Part shown: one piece after another, positions 1-11,712 of the stretch
Layout: the number at the start of each line of letters is the position of its first letter
Position numbering within the stretch: position 1 is the stretch's first letter
Origin: Azolla caroliniana
Taxonomy: Eukaryota; Plantae; Polypodiophyta
Assembly: GCA_043228905.1 (NCBI GenBank)
Contig: JBHGNT010000008.1
Coordinates: 1,364,001 to 1,428,000 of the forward strand
DNA: 64,000 nt
Direction of reading: 5' to 3'
Position numbers and translations under genes: made by a program
Notes under the pieces: generated by a model
What the model was told of the DNA's origin: nothing
Seen by the model: the letters and a program-made list of their open reading frames with translations, nothing else
The model's database searches: none

Positions 1-1356
1 CTTCAACAACAACTTGCATCCGGTTGGTATTATCAACCACACGTCTCCTATGCCGATAATTCGGCATGTCCCTTCATTCCCCATCCGGACACAACTGTGA
101 TCACCGGTTGTGTAGGATGAGAAGCATTTCCGGTCCGGGGTCAGGTGGAGCAACGCTCCGGAATCGACAACCCACATTGTCTCGTCACTGGCAAGGTTCA
201 ACTCACACTCCTCGGTGATGAGCATCAACTCCTCTTCACTTGCTGCGATTGCTGTCGTTCCCTTCCGGTCCGGTCCCCTCTGGTCTTTACCGTTGCGGTC
301 CGGTGACCGCTTCAAATCGGTACTGTCGGTTTCCTTGTCTTTCTGGAAATGCTGACAGTTCTTCTGGAAGTGTCCAAGCTTCCCACAATAGAAGGAAGTG
401 GGCATTCCCCTTGACTTTGACCGTGTCCCCGACTTTTCCCGGTTCTGGGGACTCTGGTTCCTTTGTCTTCCGCGTTCTGATTCGATAAGGAGCTCTTTGG
501 AGTCAAAGCTCGTATCCTTGTCTTTCCGATGTGCCTCCTCATCTAGCAAGCTCAACTTGACTCTTGCTAGGGATAACTATTTTCCTTCTGGCCCGGCGTT
601 GCCCAAAGTGACAACTAACATCTCCCAGCTATCTGGGAGGGAACCGAGTAGGAGCAATGCTAGTACCTCATCGGCGAGAGGTACTTCCAATGATGTTGCC
701 TGGTGAATCAGCCCCTGGAAGGCATTCATGTGCTCCGCCATGCTGGAGCCATCTTGGTACCGGAGCCTCACTAGCTTCCGAAATACCGAAATCCGATTAA
801 CAACATTTTTGTTATGAAACATAATGCCGATCTTCTCCTAGAGTTCCTGAGCCTTACTGTCCTCATTGAAGTTGTTGTACAGGCTCATGTCGATGAAGCA
901 CCGGATGTATGCCGTCGTCTTCATGTGCATCACCTCCCACACCGTGGCATCGATATTGTCCGGTCTCTTGTCCCCGAACTGGACCGGAAACCAAAGATCT
1001 TTAACCACGAGCATGTCCCTCATCTTCGACTTCCATGTGAGTAGATGGAGCCGGTGAGCTTGAACATGCCGCCAAATGAATCTTCCATTTTCTGTGTCAT
1101 TTCGCTCTGATACCAGATTATAAAGAATATGCGGAATAATGCTCAGCCACAACCGAGTCTTCAATCACTTCGTTGAGAATTACAAACACAGAAATGGGAA
1201 TGTGGAGATAGATGCACGTATACACAAAACACTCTAAACAATAGAGTACACAAGATGTTAACATGGAAAACCCTGAGTGAGAAAAACCACGGGAGCCCAC
1301 AAACTCCAAACTGTTACTATGTCTAAACTTATAGACCTCGTGCTCACTCTCTTTGC
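1..1356 (-). mobile_element. Ty1/copia LTR retrotransposon, 5' fragment (truncated LTR, PBS, degenerate gag, zinc knuckle, protease)
   Basis: PBS for initiator tRNA-Met (gctctgatacca on +) at 1104-1115. Gag-like peptides WKSKMRDMLVVKDLW and LLLGSLPDSWEMLVVTL. Knuckle CPL/FYCGKLGHFQKNC region near 340-405. Protease VVDSGA near 155-175. Broken by stops and frameshifts; the LTR from ~1119 is cut off by LINE sequence at ~1357. Confidence 0.88.
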
Positions 1357-2276
1357 ATTGTGGGTCTATGCCTTCTATGTGGAGGGCAATTAGTAACACA
1401 AGCTTCGGCTGATGATTCTTTCATGTTTCTACAAGCCTCACGAGAGAATCTTGAGAAGGGGATGCTTGTATGGAACCAATTTGCATTGGCTTCCGGTTTA
1501 CATATTAATTGGAGGAATTCTAGTCTCATATCATGTACGGAAAGGGATTTGGATTGTTTAGGATGGCAAGGATCCGTGGTGAAGAAAGGCTCTATTTTTC
1601 GACACTTGGGCTATCCATCAGGAATGAATGTTACAAATGGTTAATTGATTGAATAGATGTCTAGTATGTTGAGAGATAAGTTCATGTATTGGACGTCACA
1701 ATCTTGACTATTTCATGTACGCATGAAGGTTGTGCAATGTATTTTGAAACCCATGATATTATATTACTTGTCATTATTGCCATGGACAAAGAAGGCTTTG
1801 CATTCTGTTTTGCAACCTCTTCGATATTTGTTTTGGAAGAAGAGGGATAAGATGGGAATCACATGGGTTGCATGGAATCATCTAGCAATCCCTAAGCGTT
1901 TGGGGGGAGTTGGAATATTGAACTTATCTATACATATGATGGCTCATAGATTTTCATTAACACGTTCGCATTCACAAGTGGAAGGATTGTGCATAAATGG
2001 AAGGATAAGGAATATTTTGATTGATTTTAGTATATTTTCAATGATTTTACAAAACACATTGATACTAGTATCATTCATGTTCAAATATACTATGAAAAAG
2101 GTTAAAAATCCACTATTTTCGTGATTTAGAAATAAAATAAAAAGAGGGATTTCAAAAAGTTACATTCTCAATTTATATCACAAACTTTACAACCAATGTT
2201 ATTTGATAAGAAACGATTTGTTACAAGCGGAATATAGTTACACTTAATAGCCAAAAATACATTCATGATCACTCCT

Positions 2277-4370
2277 TTATGGAGAATCACTACTATAACT
2301 AATATACAATGACGATTCCTCCTCGTCATCCTCGGATGTACCAATCAATGCATTATCTTCGTCATAAACCAAATGGTTTGACTCTAGATTATATGTAGCA
2401 GGTCTCATTTGCCTTTGACTTGAGCCACCTTGTAGACCTGGTAATTTTTCTTTTATTATATCTATTGTTGACTTCCTTAATCGTCTGACTTTTGTAAGCG
2501 TGAAGTTGTACACGATGATATCCACATTAGAGATATCAAGGGTTGAGGTGTTACGAATGTTTCGCTTCCTCTTCCTACCTCCCCTTGCCGTTGGGCATTC
2601 AATCATCTCCAATGTATACTTACCCGTAAAAGCATTTGCACTTCTAGTGTTGTACCAATGAACGTTTATAGACCTGATCGTGTTTTCTATTTCATGCATT
2701 AGCACTTCTAGAATTTTACCAACCCAAAATTGGTGGCCATGTGAATTCTCATCAACCGGCATTGCAATCAACATCCCCGTCGTGAGCTCTTGCAAATTGC
2801 CTTGCCATCTAGATCCGACTGCATTGGTCATCCTTGGTCCACATAAATGTCTCTTTGTTGTGGATGAACCAAACTATCATTAATCGCATTTGCTGGTTGC
2901 TCCAGAGTTTTATTTACACGATCATGTTGTAGCGACCATGTGAATGGCGTTTCCAAATTCCAATTATCACCAAATACACAATTGTATATAATTCCTTTCT
3001 GATCACTAAAAAATACATTATCACCATGACATGTCTTGTTGTGCGACATATTTCTTTGTGACCTCAATATGCTTTCTTTTTTCTTCTAAGGCTTGGAGCC
3101 ATAATTGTTTTTGTTCCAATACCAAGTCATTATGCAACTGTCCTTTCTTCTCAATTGGCATTTGTTTAGCTCCATGGAAAATTGTACTCCGCATACAAAG
3201 TAATAATTGCCAACCACCTTTAGGTTCCCATGTTGTAGAAGATGAATATTGTTTAACATACAAAAGCGTAGAACCACATATTTCCTTTTTCTTTATCATA
3301 AAAATGTGATTGAAGCTTATATTGTTTAATTGGGCAAGCACTTTAACATTCCCAACACCCCCATCTGATATATATCTCTTAATGTCATATACCTCATTCA
3401 AGTGTAACACTTTTGGGCGTGGTGTATGTCCATCACAAATGACATCAAATAGTTTTGGTAATGTGAAAGCATCATGGAGAGACAACTATCTGGAGAATGT
3501 GCTAAACATCTTATCTATATGATCATGTGTGTGGCCAAGCATCCCAGTTAGATAGCTAAACATAGTTGAATTTTTGTTCTCTCTAGCAGTATTGTCCAAT
3601 TGAATGTATAGAACATGGGGGAACGGTTGGCCCCAAGACATCAAAACTCGGTGAATCACTGTAACTGTTAGGTTAGGGTCATTGTGAACATTGGGGTATG
3701 TAATGAAGACGTGAGGTCCAACAGACCTATTATAAGCCAAGCATCCCACCAAGTGCATTTGAACAAGGCACTCATCATTGATGTCTTTGGGGAGCCTCCA
3801 CATATGTGGCAAGCACGTCTTCTTCTGGTCCATGCCATCTATCATTAAGCACATGTATTGTTTGGGCCTCTTCAAACACTTCTCTCTATGATGCATCGCC
3901 TTCTTTCGTTCTAACAATTGTGCCTCACGATGCTCCTGTAGTAACTTCTTACTCATATCCTTTTCCATTGATGTCTTTGCACCTGTAGCCAAACTTTTAA
4001 GATTTGCACAAATGGAGCAATACCCCATGCGTACTTTACGCGGAATGATAACATTTGAAAACCGAGCTCTCCATAATCTTGTGAATTGGCTATATGTGAC
4101 AGATTTATTACGTGAGCCCACCATATCTGATCGATAGACATCATAAACTTCCCGACGTGTGTAATTATCAGAGAGGTGCATCCTACCTATAGTGGGCATT
4201 ACTTCACAATTTAACTTAAAGTAACTTTTCATCCAACCAATAACATGTCTTCCAATTGCACCTTTTATACTTGGAACCTCTTTACAATTGAGCATCTGAT
4301 CCCCGCTAAGTAGACATTGTTGTACTCTATGTAGTCGCGTGTTACTCTCTATGTTGCTTTGAGTATTCAA
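2277..4370 (-). pseudogene. DDD/E transposase (Sola-like), disrupted
   Basis: CSIC zinc motif followed by MCLMIDGMDQKKT, YIQLDNTARENKN and GHTHDHIDKMFS (three candidate catalytic Asp) in ORF 3486-4370. Continues through a stop and frameshifts into ORFs 3021-3485, 2828-3067 and 2277-2831. True start not resolved. Confidence 0.8.
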
Positions 4371-4689
4371 TCATTGGTTCATTCATGAACCTCTATCATT
4401 GTTTTATTTATGACCTTCAAAGGCATTGTATGTTAGTTTGAGTATAAAATAATCATTAATATGTTAGTTTGAGTATTTAATCATTGATTCATTCATAAGC
4501 ATCCTTTAATTCAAATCCATTAAAGAGTCATTGGCACATTCAAGATTATGTACTAAATAGTGTACTAAGGTCTAAGAAAAAAGTGTCCTACGGTCAAAGA
4601 AACTCTTTCTTAGGTCTAACTAACTAACCTTAAGCTTACCAACCATGGTTAAAGTAATTGTGGTTACTTTAACCACAATGGTCAATCCC

Positions 4690-4697
4690 TATAAATA
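4690..4697 (+). promoter_or_regulatory. TATA box of the transposon's + strand gene (putative)
   Basis: TATAAATA lies just upstream of a candidate first exon (4723-4854) that ends in a consensus donor CAG|GTAAGT. Confidence 0.5.
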
Positions 4698-4948
4698 GGA
4701 AGACCTCATTTCGCAATCACTCATGCGCAGAACAGAGCACACGAGCACACAAAGCACAAACAACCCATAACACGCAGCACCAAATCAACATCTCCCCATT
4801 AGCATCGACAACGAGAATCATGTCTTTGAAGAATATCGAGCGCCAAGAATCCAGGTAAGTGCCTGGCAGTACGAACATTTTTGTAAATATGTTTTAGCAC
4901 TCAAGAACTCGATACGGCGTATCGAGTTCTTGTATAAAACACAAGCTT

Positions 4949-7900
4949 TGATGAGAAAACGTTGCGGAATATAAATCACAGTGAACAGATTGCACGCTGA
5001 AATACGAATTGCAGAAATACAGAAAGACAAGATGAACAGAAGTATACACAGAGATTTACGTGGAAACCCTAAAACGGGAAAAACCACGGGAACAGATTTT
5101 TCACTATACAAAATAGTGGATATACAATAGCGAGAAGATTACAACACTCTCTCACGAGTGCATTAGTCGCACAGGGCTCTTCGTGTCTGCTGTTACACAC
5201 ACAGCTATGGCGCGGCTCTACCTTCCTCTCACACACTCTCTCAATCTATTCTTACTCTAACTCCTCATAAGCTAAAAGTTTCCCTAGTTGCATATATACT
5301 TACACAACTTTCTGGTTATTTACATACATGGCCCTCATGGGGCGCACACTTAGACTATTTACACAAAAAATAGTTCCTCATCAATGCGGCTCCCGTCTTC
5401 CAACTCTTCAACTATCGGCTTTCCGAACAGTCAGATCATCCTCCCACTAGAGGGACATATTCCCAACAAACTCCCCCTTCACTCCTGTGGGAGGAAATCT
5501 GTCAGTCCTGTATTTTGTCGACAGACTCTGAGTCTATCCATAGGTAGGTTCTTCGTCAGCATGTCAGATCCATTGTCGTGAGTATGGATCTTTACAAGAG
5601 CAAACTCTCCATCTTCGACTCTCTCCCGCAACCAGTGATACCTTCTCTGTATGTGCTTCGTCTGGGAGTGGTATGCTGCATTCTTGGTTAGGTGTAGGAC
5701 ACTTTGGTTGTCACAGTGAAGCAAGAACTCCTTTTGCTTCATGTCTAGTTCGGTGAGAAAATTTCTCATCTAGATCAGCTCTTTTCTGGCCTCTACCGCT
5801 GCCATATACTCTGCCTTGTTGGGAGACAGGTCCCTCCAGATGGGAAGGGAGAAGAACAGTGCTGATAGGCTAAGGCCGAAACCGGATGAGGAGTACCCGG
5901 CTACGGAGAGCCGGATGGTGCAGACCCGGTGAGAACCGGATGAGGAGTACCCGGCTACGGATGACCCGGTGAGAACCAGATGATGAAGACCAGGTGAGAA
6001 CTGGATGAGGAGTACCCGGCTACGGATGACCCAGTGAGAACCGGATGATGAGTGCCCGGCAAGCGCCGGATGATGCAGGCCCGGTGAAGAGTGATCACCG
6101 GATGAAGGGACATATTTGTAAATATGTTTCTGAGAGTCCATCAGGGCTATATTTGTAAATAGATGAAAATTCATATTAGTATAAATATGACTTAGGGCAA
6201 ACAGAGAATATAGTGTTGTTGTCATTCTTGTTGGTGCAAGACTTGAGAGCGTGTAACAGTGTATAGAGAGAGAGAGAGAGAGGAAGAGGTCGCTACCTCT
6301 GTTGTAACCACCGCCTATGGCGAAGATCGTGAGCACGAGGTCGTTGCCTCCGTGAGCTCACTATTGTACATTCTGATATAGTGATAGTTTGCAGTCTGTG
6401 GGCTGTCGTGGTTTTTCCCTAGTTTGGGATTTTCCATGCTAACATCCTGTGTACTCCTCTCTCCATTGTGTCGTGCTTTCATTTCCCGTTTTTTGTGTAT
6501 GATTCTAAGCTCGGTTGTGGCCGAGCGTTGCGCATAAGGAGCGTCTAGTTCCCGTCATGCCTCTGTAGTCGACAAGGTTATAGACTTCTGCAGTCATGAC
6601 TGCCACGACATTGCTCCCCCTGCATAGGTCATCACATACCCTGACGTGGATCGACTCGAGTCGACATCTCCTGACATGTCCAAATCGGTAAAACCTTCCA
6701 CCACAGGTTTTCCGACACCATACCTTAGGCACACCACCGAGGTGCCTTTCAGGTACCTGAGTATCCACTTCACTATTGCCCAGTGTTCTCTCCCTGAATT
6801 ACTCATATATCGGCTTACTGCTCCCACAACAAATGCTATGTCCGGTCTCGTACAGACCATAGCGTACATTAGACTGCCGATGGCCGAGGCATTTGGTACC
6901 TTCTTCATCTCAGCCTTTTCCTTCTGCCCTTTCGGACACTACTTTGCATTCAATCTGCAATTTGTCGGCAACACGGAGCCGACCGGCTTTGCGTTCGACA
7001 TGTTGAACCTCTCTAGGATCTTCGTCACATACTTTTGTTGTGACAACTATAGCACCTTCCGAGCTCTATCTCGGTTTATGTGCATTCCTAGGATTTGCTT
7101 TGCCGGTCCAAGGTCTTTCATGGCAAATGATTTTCCGAGGGCTTTCTTCAAGCTTCCAATCTTCCTTGCATCTTGGCCGATATCAACATATCATCAACAT
7201 ATAGCAAGAGAATCAAGAAATCTCCTTCCTCATACCTTTTGACGAACACACAATGATCAGCCTGTGTTTTCTAGAACCGATGTTCCACCATGAAGGACTC
7301 GAATTTCTTGTACCATTGGTGTGGAGCTTGTTTCAGGCCGTACAAGCTTTTCCTCAGTCGACACACCAGATTCTCTTTCCCTTTCTCCTCAAAGCCTTCG
7401 GGTTGATACATGTAGATTTCTTCATCCAACTCCTCGTGCAGAAATGCGGTTTTGACATCCAACTGTTCGATCTCCAGGTCCATGCTAGCCGTTATGCTCA
7501 AAACAGTTCGTATCGATGTCATCTTCACGACTGGTGCGAATATTTCGTCAATGTCGACACCCTTCTTCTGTTGGAAACCCTTCACTACTATGCGGGCTTT
7601 ATACCTGGGCTCGTTGTCGACTTCTCCAGTCTTAACCTTGTCGACCCATTTATTCCTGAGTGCTCTCTTACCTTTCGGCAGCTCTACTAGGTCGTAGGTG
7701 TAATTCACATGCAAGGATTCTATCTCCTTTTGCATCGTGTTCAGCCATTTTCTCTGCTCTCGTCGGCAATGGCTTCTTTATAGCACTCCGGTTCACCCTC
7801 ATCAGTCAAGAGGATGTATTGCCTAGCATATGTAGTCGATGCTTTCCTTTCTCTGAGTGGGTACCTTCGTCCACTCGTTGTTGGCTCTTTTCCGAATGTC

Positions 7901-10750
7901 TCTGCCAACTCTTCTCTTTGCTTGGGATTCTGCTCATCAATCGGCATCTCCAGGTTCGAGTCATGGCGTCGAGTCATACCTGGTGTTGGCGCGTTCACTA
8001 CAAGAGTTGACCCGCCACAAGAGCAGAGTCTTGATGTAGTCAAAAAGATGATCCAATGAGGGTAGCTAGGCCTCTTATTTATAGCGATACCCAAGGGCCC
8101 CAGGCAAGTTCACACTTGACCTAATGGGTTGTCTCAATCCCAAGGATTAAAAGTAATCCTCCCCTTCTTTACACTCTCGTTTAACCCTCACACTTATCCA
8201 CGTGTATAGAATACTACGGTAAATTCTCACCACGGGATATTAAATGGTCATGCCTGTAACAACATCCTTCCCTATGCACACCCTTTGTGGGACATCACCC
8301 TTTAATGGCACTGAGGGAGACCTGTTGATCAGATAAACAGTTGTGTACAATGCCTCAACCCAATAGGATTTCGACAGTTTCGCATGAGAGAGCATGCTCC
8401 TTACTCTCTATGATCGTTCGATTCATCCTCTCTACAAGCCCGTTCAACTCTGGGGTCTTTGGTACTGTGTATTCAATTCGAATACCTTGGCACTTGCAGT
8501 ATTCTTCGAACTTCCCTTTGTATTCGGACAACCTTCAGTTTCCGACCCGACTCTCTTTCAGTTCTTGCTTGGAACTCCTCGAAAACCAACAGTATTTGAT
8601 ACTTCGACTTCAGTACGAAGGCCCATGTTTTCCGACTGTACTCGTCAATAAACGTTACAAAGTACTGTCCTCCTCGATGCGATGGAGCATCCACATAGCA
8701 CACATCCGTGTGCACTAGTTCCAGTGTAGCTTCTCTTCTCCTCGGTGGTCTCGAGTGGAATGCTGCCCTTGACACACTTCTCTAGGTGCACTCCCTTGAC
8801 TTCTGGCAGAAGTTTCTGGTCAGCTAATAGGTGCATTCCCTTCTCACTCATGTGGCCTAGCCTCTTATGCCATATGTCCCCTGCCGAGTCGGCTGCCACG
8901 TTTACTTCCGATTTGCACAATCGGGCATGCATCGTATACAATGTGCCTTCTTTCTGTGCTCGGGCCACTATAAGATTTCCTCGGCAGAACTTCCACTTGC
9001 CATTCTAAAAACTACCACTGTAGCCTTCGTCGTCAAGCCTTCCAAGCGATATCAGATTCAATCTGATATCGGGGACGTGTCGAACATCCTTCAACGTCAG
9101 TCGACACCCTGTCGATGTCGTCAAGCAGACACTTCCAACTCCGGTTATCTTGCACTCTCCACTATCACCCATCTTTACATAACCATGATCCCCGGCTATG
9201 TAAGTCGAGAAATACTCTCTCGACGGAGTAATATGGAAGGATGCGCCGGAATCGATCACCCAAGTGCATTCTTCACTCGCAAGATTTGCACTTGTCTGCT
9301 CACAAATGAACAGGAGTTCTTCATTGCTCTTAGCAATGGCCGAAATGTTCTTATCATCCGGAATTTTCCGGGGTTCGACATTATTTCCGACACTCTTGTC
9401 TTTTCTCATGTGTCGGCAGTCCTTTTGGAAGTGTCCAGGTTTCCCGCAATAGAAGCACACAGGCTTACCTCTGGACTTCGATCTAGCGTGGGATTTGTCC
9501 GTTCGCTGTGGACTTCTTCTTCGCCGGTCTCTTCCTCTGTCAAGATGTTGAGTCAGATTCGACTCCGTTTGGGACAGGACTCCTTTGTCTTTCCTCCTTG
9601 CCTCCTCGTTTAGGATGCTTGTCTTCACCATCTGTAAAGACAAGTTCTCTTCTTGACAGGAGGTGCTGAGAGTAACCACCAGGTTCTCCCATTTCGGCAG
9701 TGTGCACATCAGCAGGATGGCCTGCATTGTATCATCTAGGGGGAACTTGGTCGCAACAAGTTGATTTACATACCCCATAAACGTGTTGATGTGTTCGACG
9801 ATGCTCTCACTGTCTCTGTATTTCAATCGTACAATTTTTCTCATTTGCGAGGTTTTGTTTAGCACGTTCTTCCTCTCATACAGACCCGACAACTTTTGGC
9901 ACATCTCGTGGGCATTCGTGTCGTTCGCCACATGCTGAAGGACACTTACATCGACACATTGTCGGATTATGGCCACCGCCTTCCTATTCAAAAGCTTCTA
10001 GTCCGACTCCAATACCCCCCTGGGTATTTCTGCTTTGTCAACTGGCTCGTACAGGTCTTTTACTATGAGAAGGTCTTCCATCTTTATCTTCTAGTCTGCA
10101 TAGTTCTGAGAGTTTAGAACTATCATACCTGGGAATCCACTCACGCCTCCTTCCATGCTTGCACCTCAAGCTCTGATACCAGTATGATGAGAAAACGTTG
10201 CGGAATATAAATCATAGTGAACAGATTATGTGCTAAAATACGAATTGCAGAAATACAGAAAGACAAGATGAACAGAAGTATACACAGAGATTTATGTGGA
10301 AACCCTAAAACGGGAAAAACCACGGGAACAAATTCTTCACTATACAAAATAGTGGATATACAATAGTGAGAAGATTACAACACTCTCTCACGAGTGCATC
10401 AACCACACAGGGCTCTTCGCATCTATTGTTACACACACAGCTATGGCGCAGCTCTACCTTCCTCTCACACACTCTCTCAATCTATCTCACTCTAACTCCT
10501 CATAAGCTAAAATTTTTCCCTAGTTGCATATATACTTACGCAACTTTCTGATTATTTACATATGTGGCCCTCATGGGGGGCACACTTAGACTATTTACAA
10601 AAAATACTCTCCCCAGTTGGCTATTTACACGATTCCGGTTTCGGCCTCGGCCGAGTTCCTCATCAACTCGGCTCTTGTCTTCCGACTCTTCGACTGTCAG
10701 CTTTCCGAACAATCGGATCATCCTTCCACTGGAGGGACATATTCCCAACA
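4949..10750 (-). mobile_element. Ty1/copia LTR retrotransposon, degenerate, nested in the DNA transposon
   Basis: LTRs 4949-5468 and 10185-10750 (TG..CA), TSD AGCTT (4944-4948 and 10751-10755), PBS at 10170-10181, PPT at 5469-5479. Gag/knuckle/protease ORF 9005-9991; integrase, RT (EQLDVKTAFLH) and RNaseH fragments. Confidence 0.95.
5817..6557 (+). mobile_element. Copia solo LTR inserted in the RNaseH region of the 4949-10750 element
   Basis: TGTTGGGA..CCCGTCA with TSD TGCCT (5812-5816 and 6558-6562). Its start and internal ccggatgag repeats resemble the LTRs of the 58062-63624 element. Confidence 0.9.
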
Positions 10751-10759
10751 AGCTTTAGA

Positions 10760-11098
10760 GTTCCTGTATAAAATTTGTGTTTTATACAGGAACTCGATAC
10801 GCCGTATCGAGTTCCTTTTTAAAGTTTGTGTTTTATACAGGAACTCGATACGCCGTATCGAGTTCTTGTTTAAAGTTTGTGTTTTATACAAAATCTCGAT
10901 ACGACGTATCGAGTTCTTGTTTAAAGTTTGTGTTACATACAAGAACTCGATACCTCGTATCGAGTTCTTGTGTAAAGTATGTGTTTTATATAGAAACTCG
11001 ATACGTCGTATCCAGTTCCTGTGTAAAGTTTGTATTACATACAGGAACTCGATACGCGCCGTATCGAGTTACTGTATAAAACACAAACTTTAAACAAG
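10760..11098. repeat. Tandem array of ~51-bp units, each with a ~27-bp palindrome
   Basis: Six units built on GGAACTCGATACG-N-CGTATCGAGTTCC. A seventh copy at ~4903-4931 was separated from the array by the copia insertion. Confidence 0.92.
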
Positions 11099-11712
11099 AA
11101 TATTGTATCTTTGGGGGAACAATTTGGTATATGTGTAAAAAGATACCAATTTTATGTCCAATTCAGACTTTTTAAGTGATATTTGCTACATTTTGTAACT
11201 TTTAGTGCCCTTATTGAAAAAGGTTTTATGACCTATAATAGCTTAAAATAATAGAAAATGACCCACGAATTACCTTTATCATACGAAATTCAAGTCTATC
11301 GTATTGAAATTCTCAACAATATGGGATATGGAATCAATATAAGTCATACCTACCCTCCAATATGATACATATCCGTATATAATTCGCCGTATCGAGTTCC
11401 TGTATGTAACACAAACTTTAAACAGGATTATTGTGTCTTTGGGGGAACAATTTGGTATATGTGTGAAAAGATACCAATTTTATGTCCAATTAAGACTTTT
11501 TAAGTGACATTTGCTACATTTTGTAACTTTTAGTGCCCTTATTGAAAAAGGTTTTATGACCTATAATAGCTTAAAATAATAGAAAATAACCCATGAATTA
11601 CCTTTATGATACCAAATTCAAGTCTATAGTATTGAAATTCTCAACAATATGGGATATGGAATCAATATAAGCCATACCTACCCTCCAATATGATACATAT
11701 CCTTGTATAATT
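11057..11712. repeat. Tandem duplication, period ~328 bp
   Basis: cgccgtatcgagtt..tttgggggaacaatttgg..ccctccaatatgatacatatcc occurs twice, starting near 11057 and 11385. Confidence 0.9.

Noticed and set aside
10760-11098. CRISPR array (regular palindromic repeats)
   Set aside because: The sequences between palindromes are near-identical rather than unique spacers, no cas genes are visible, and the context is eukaryotic.
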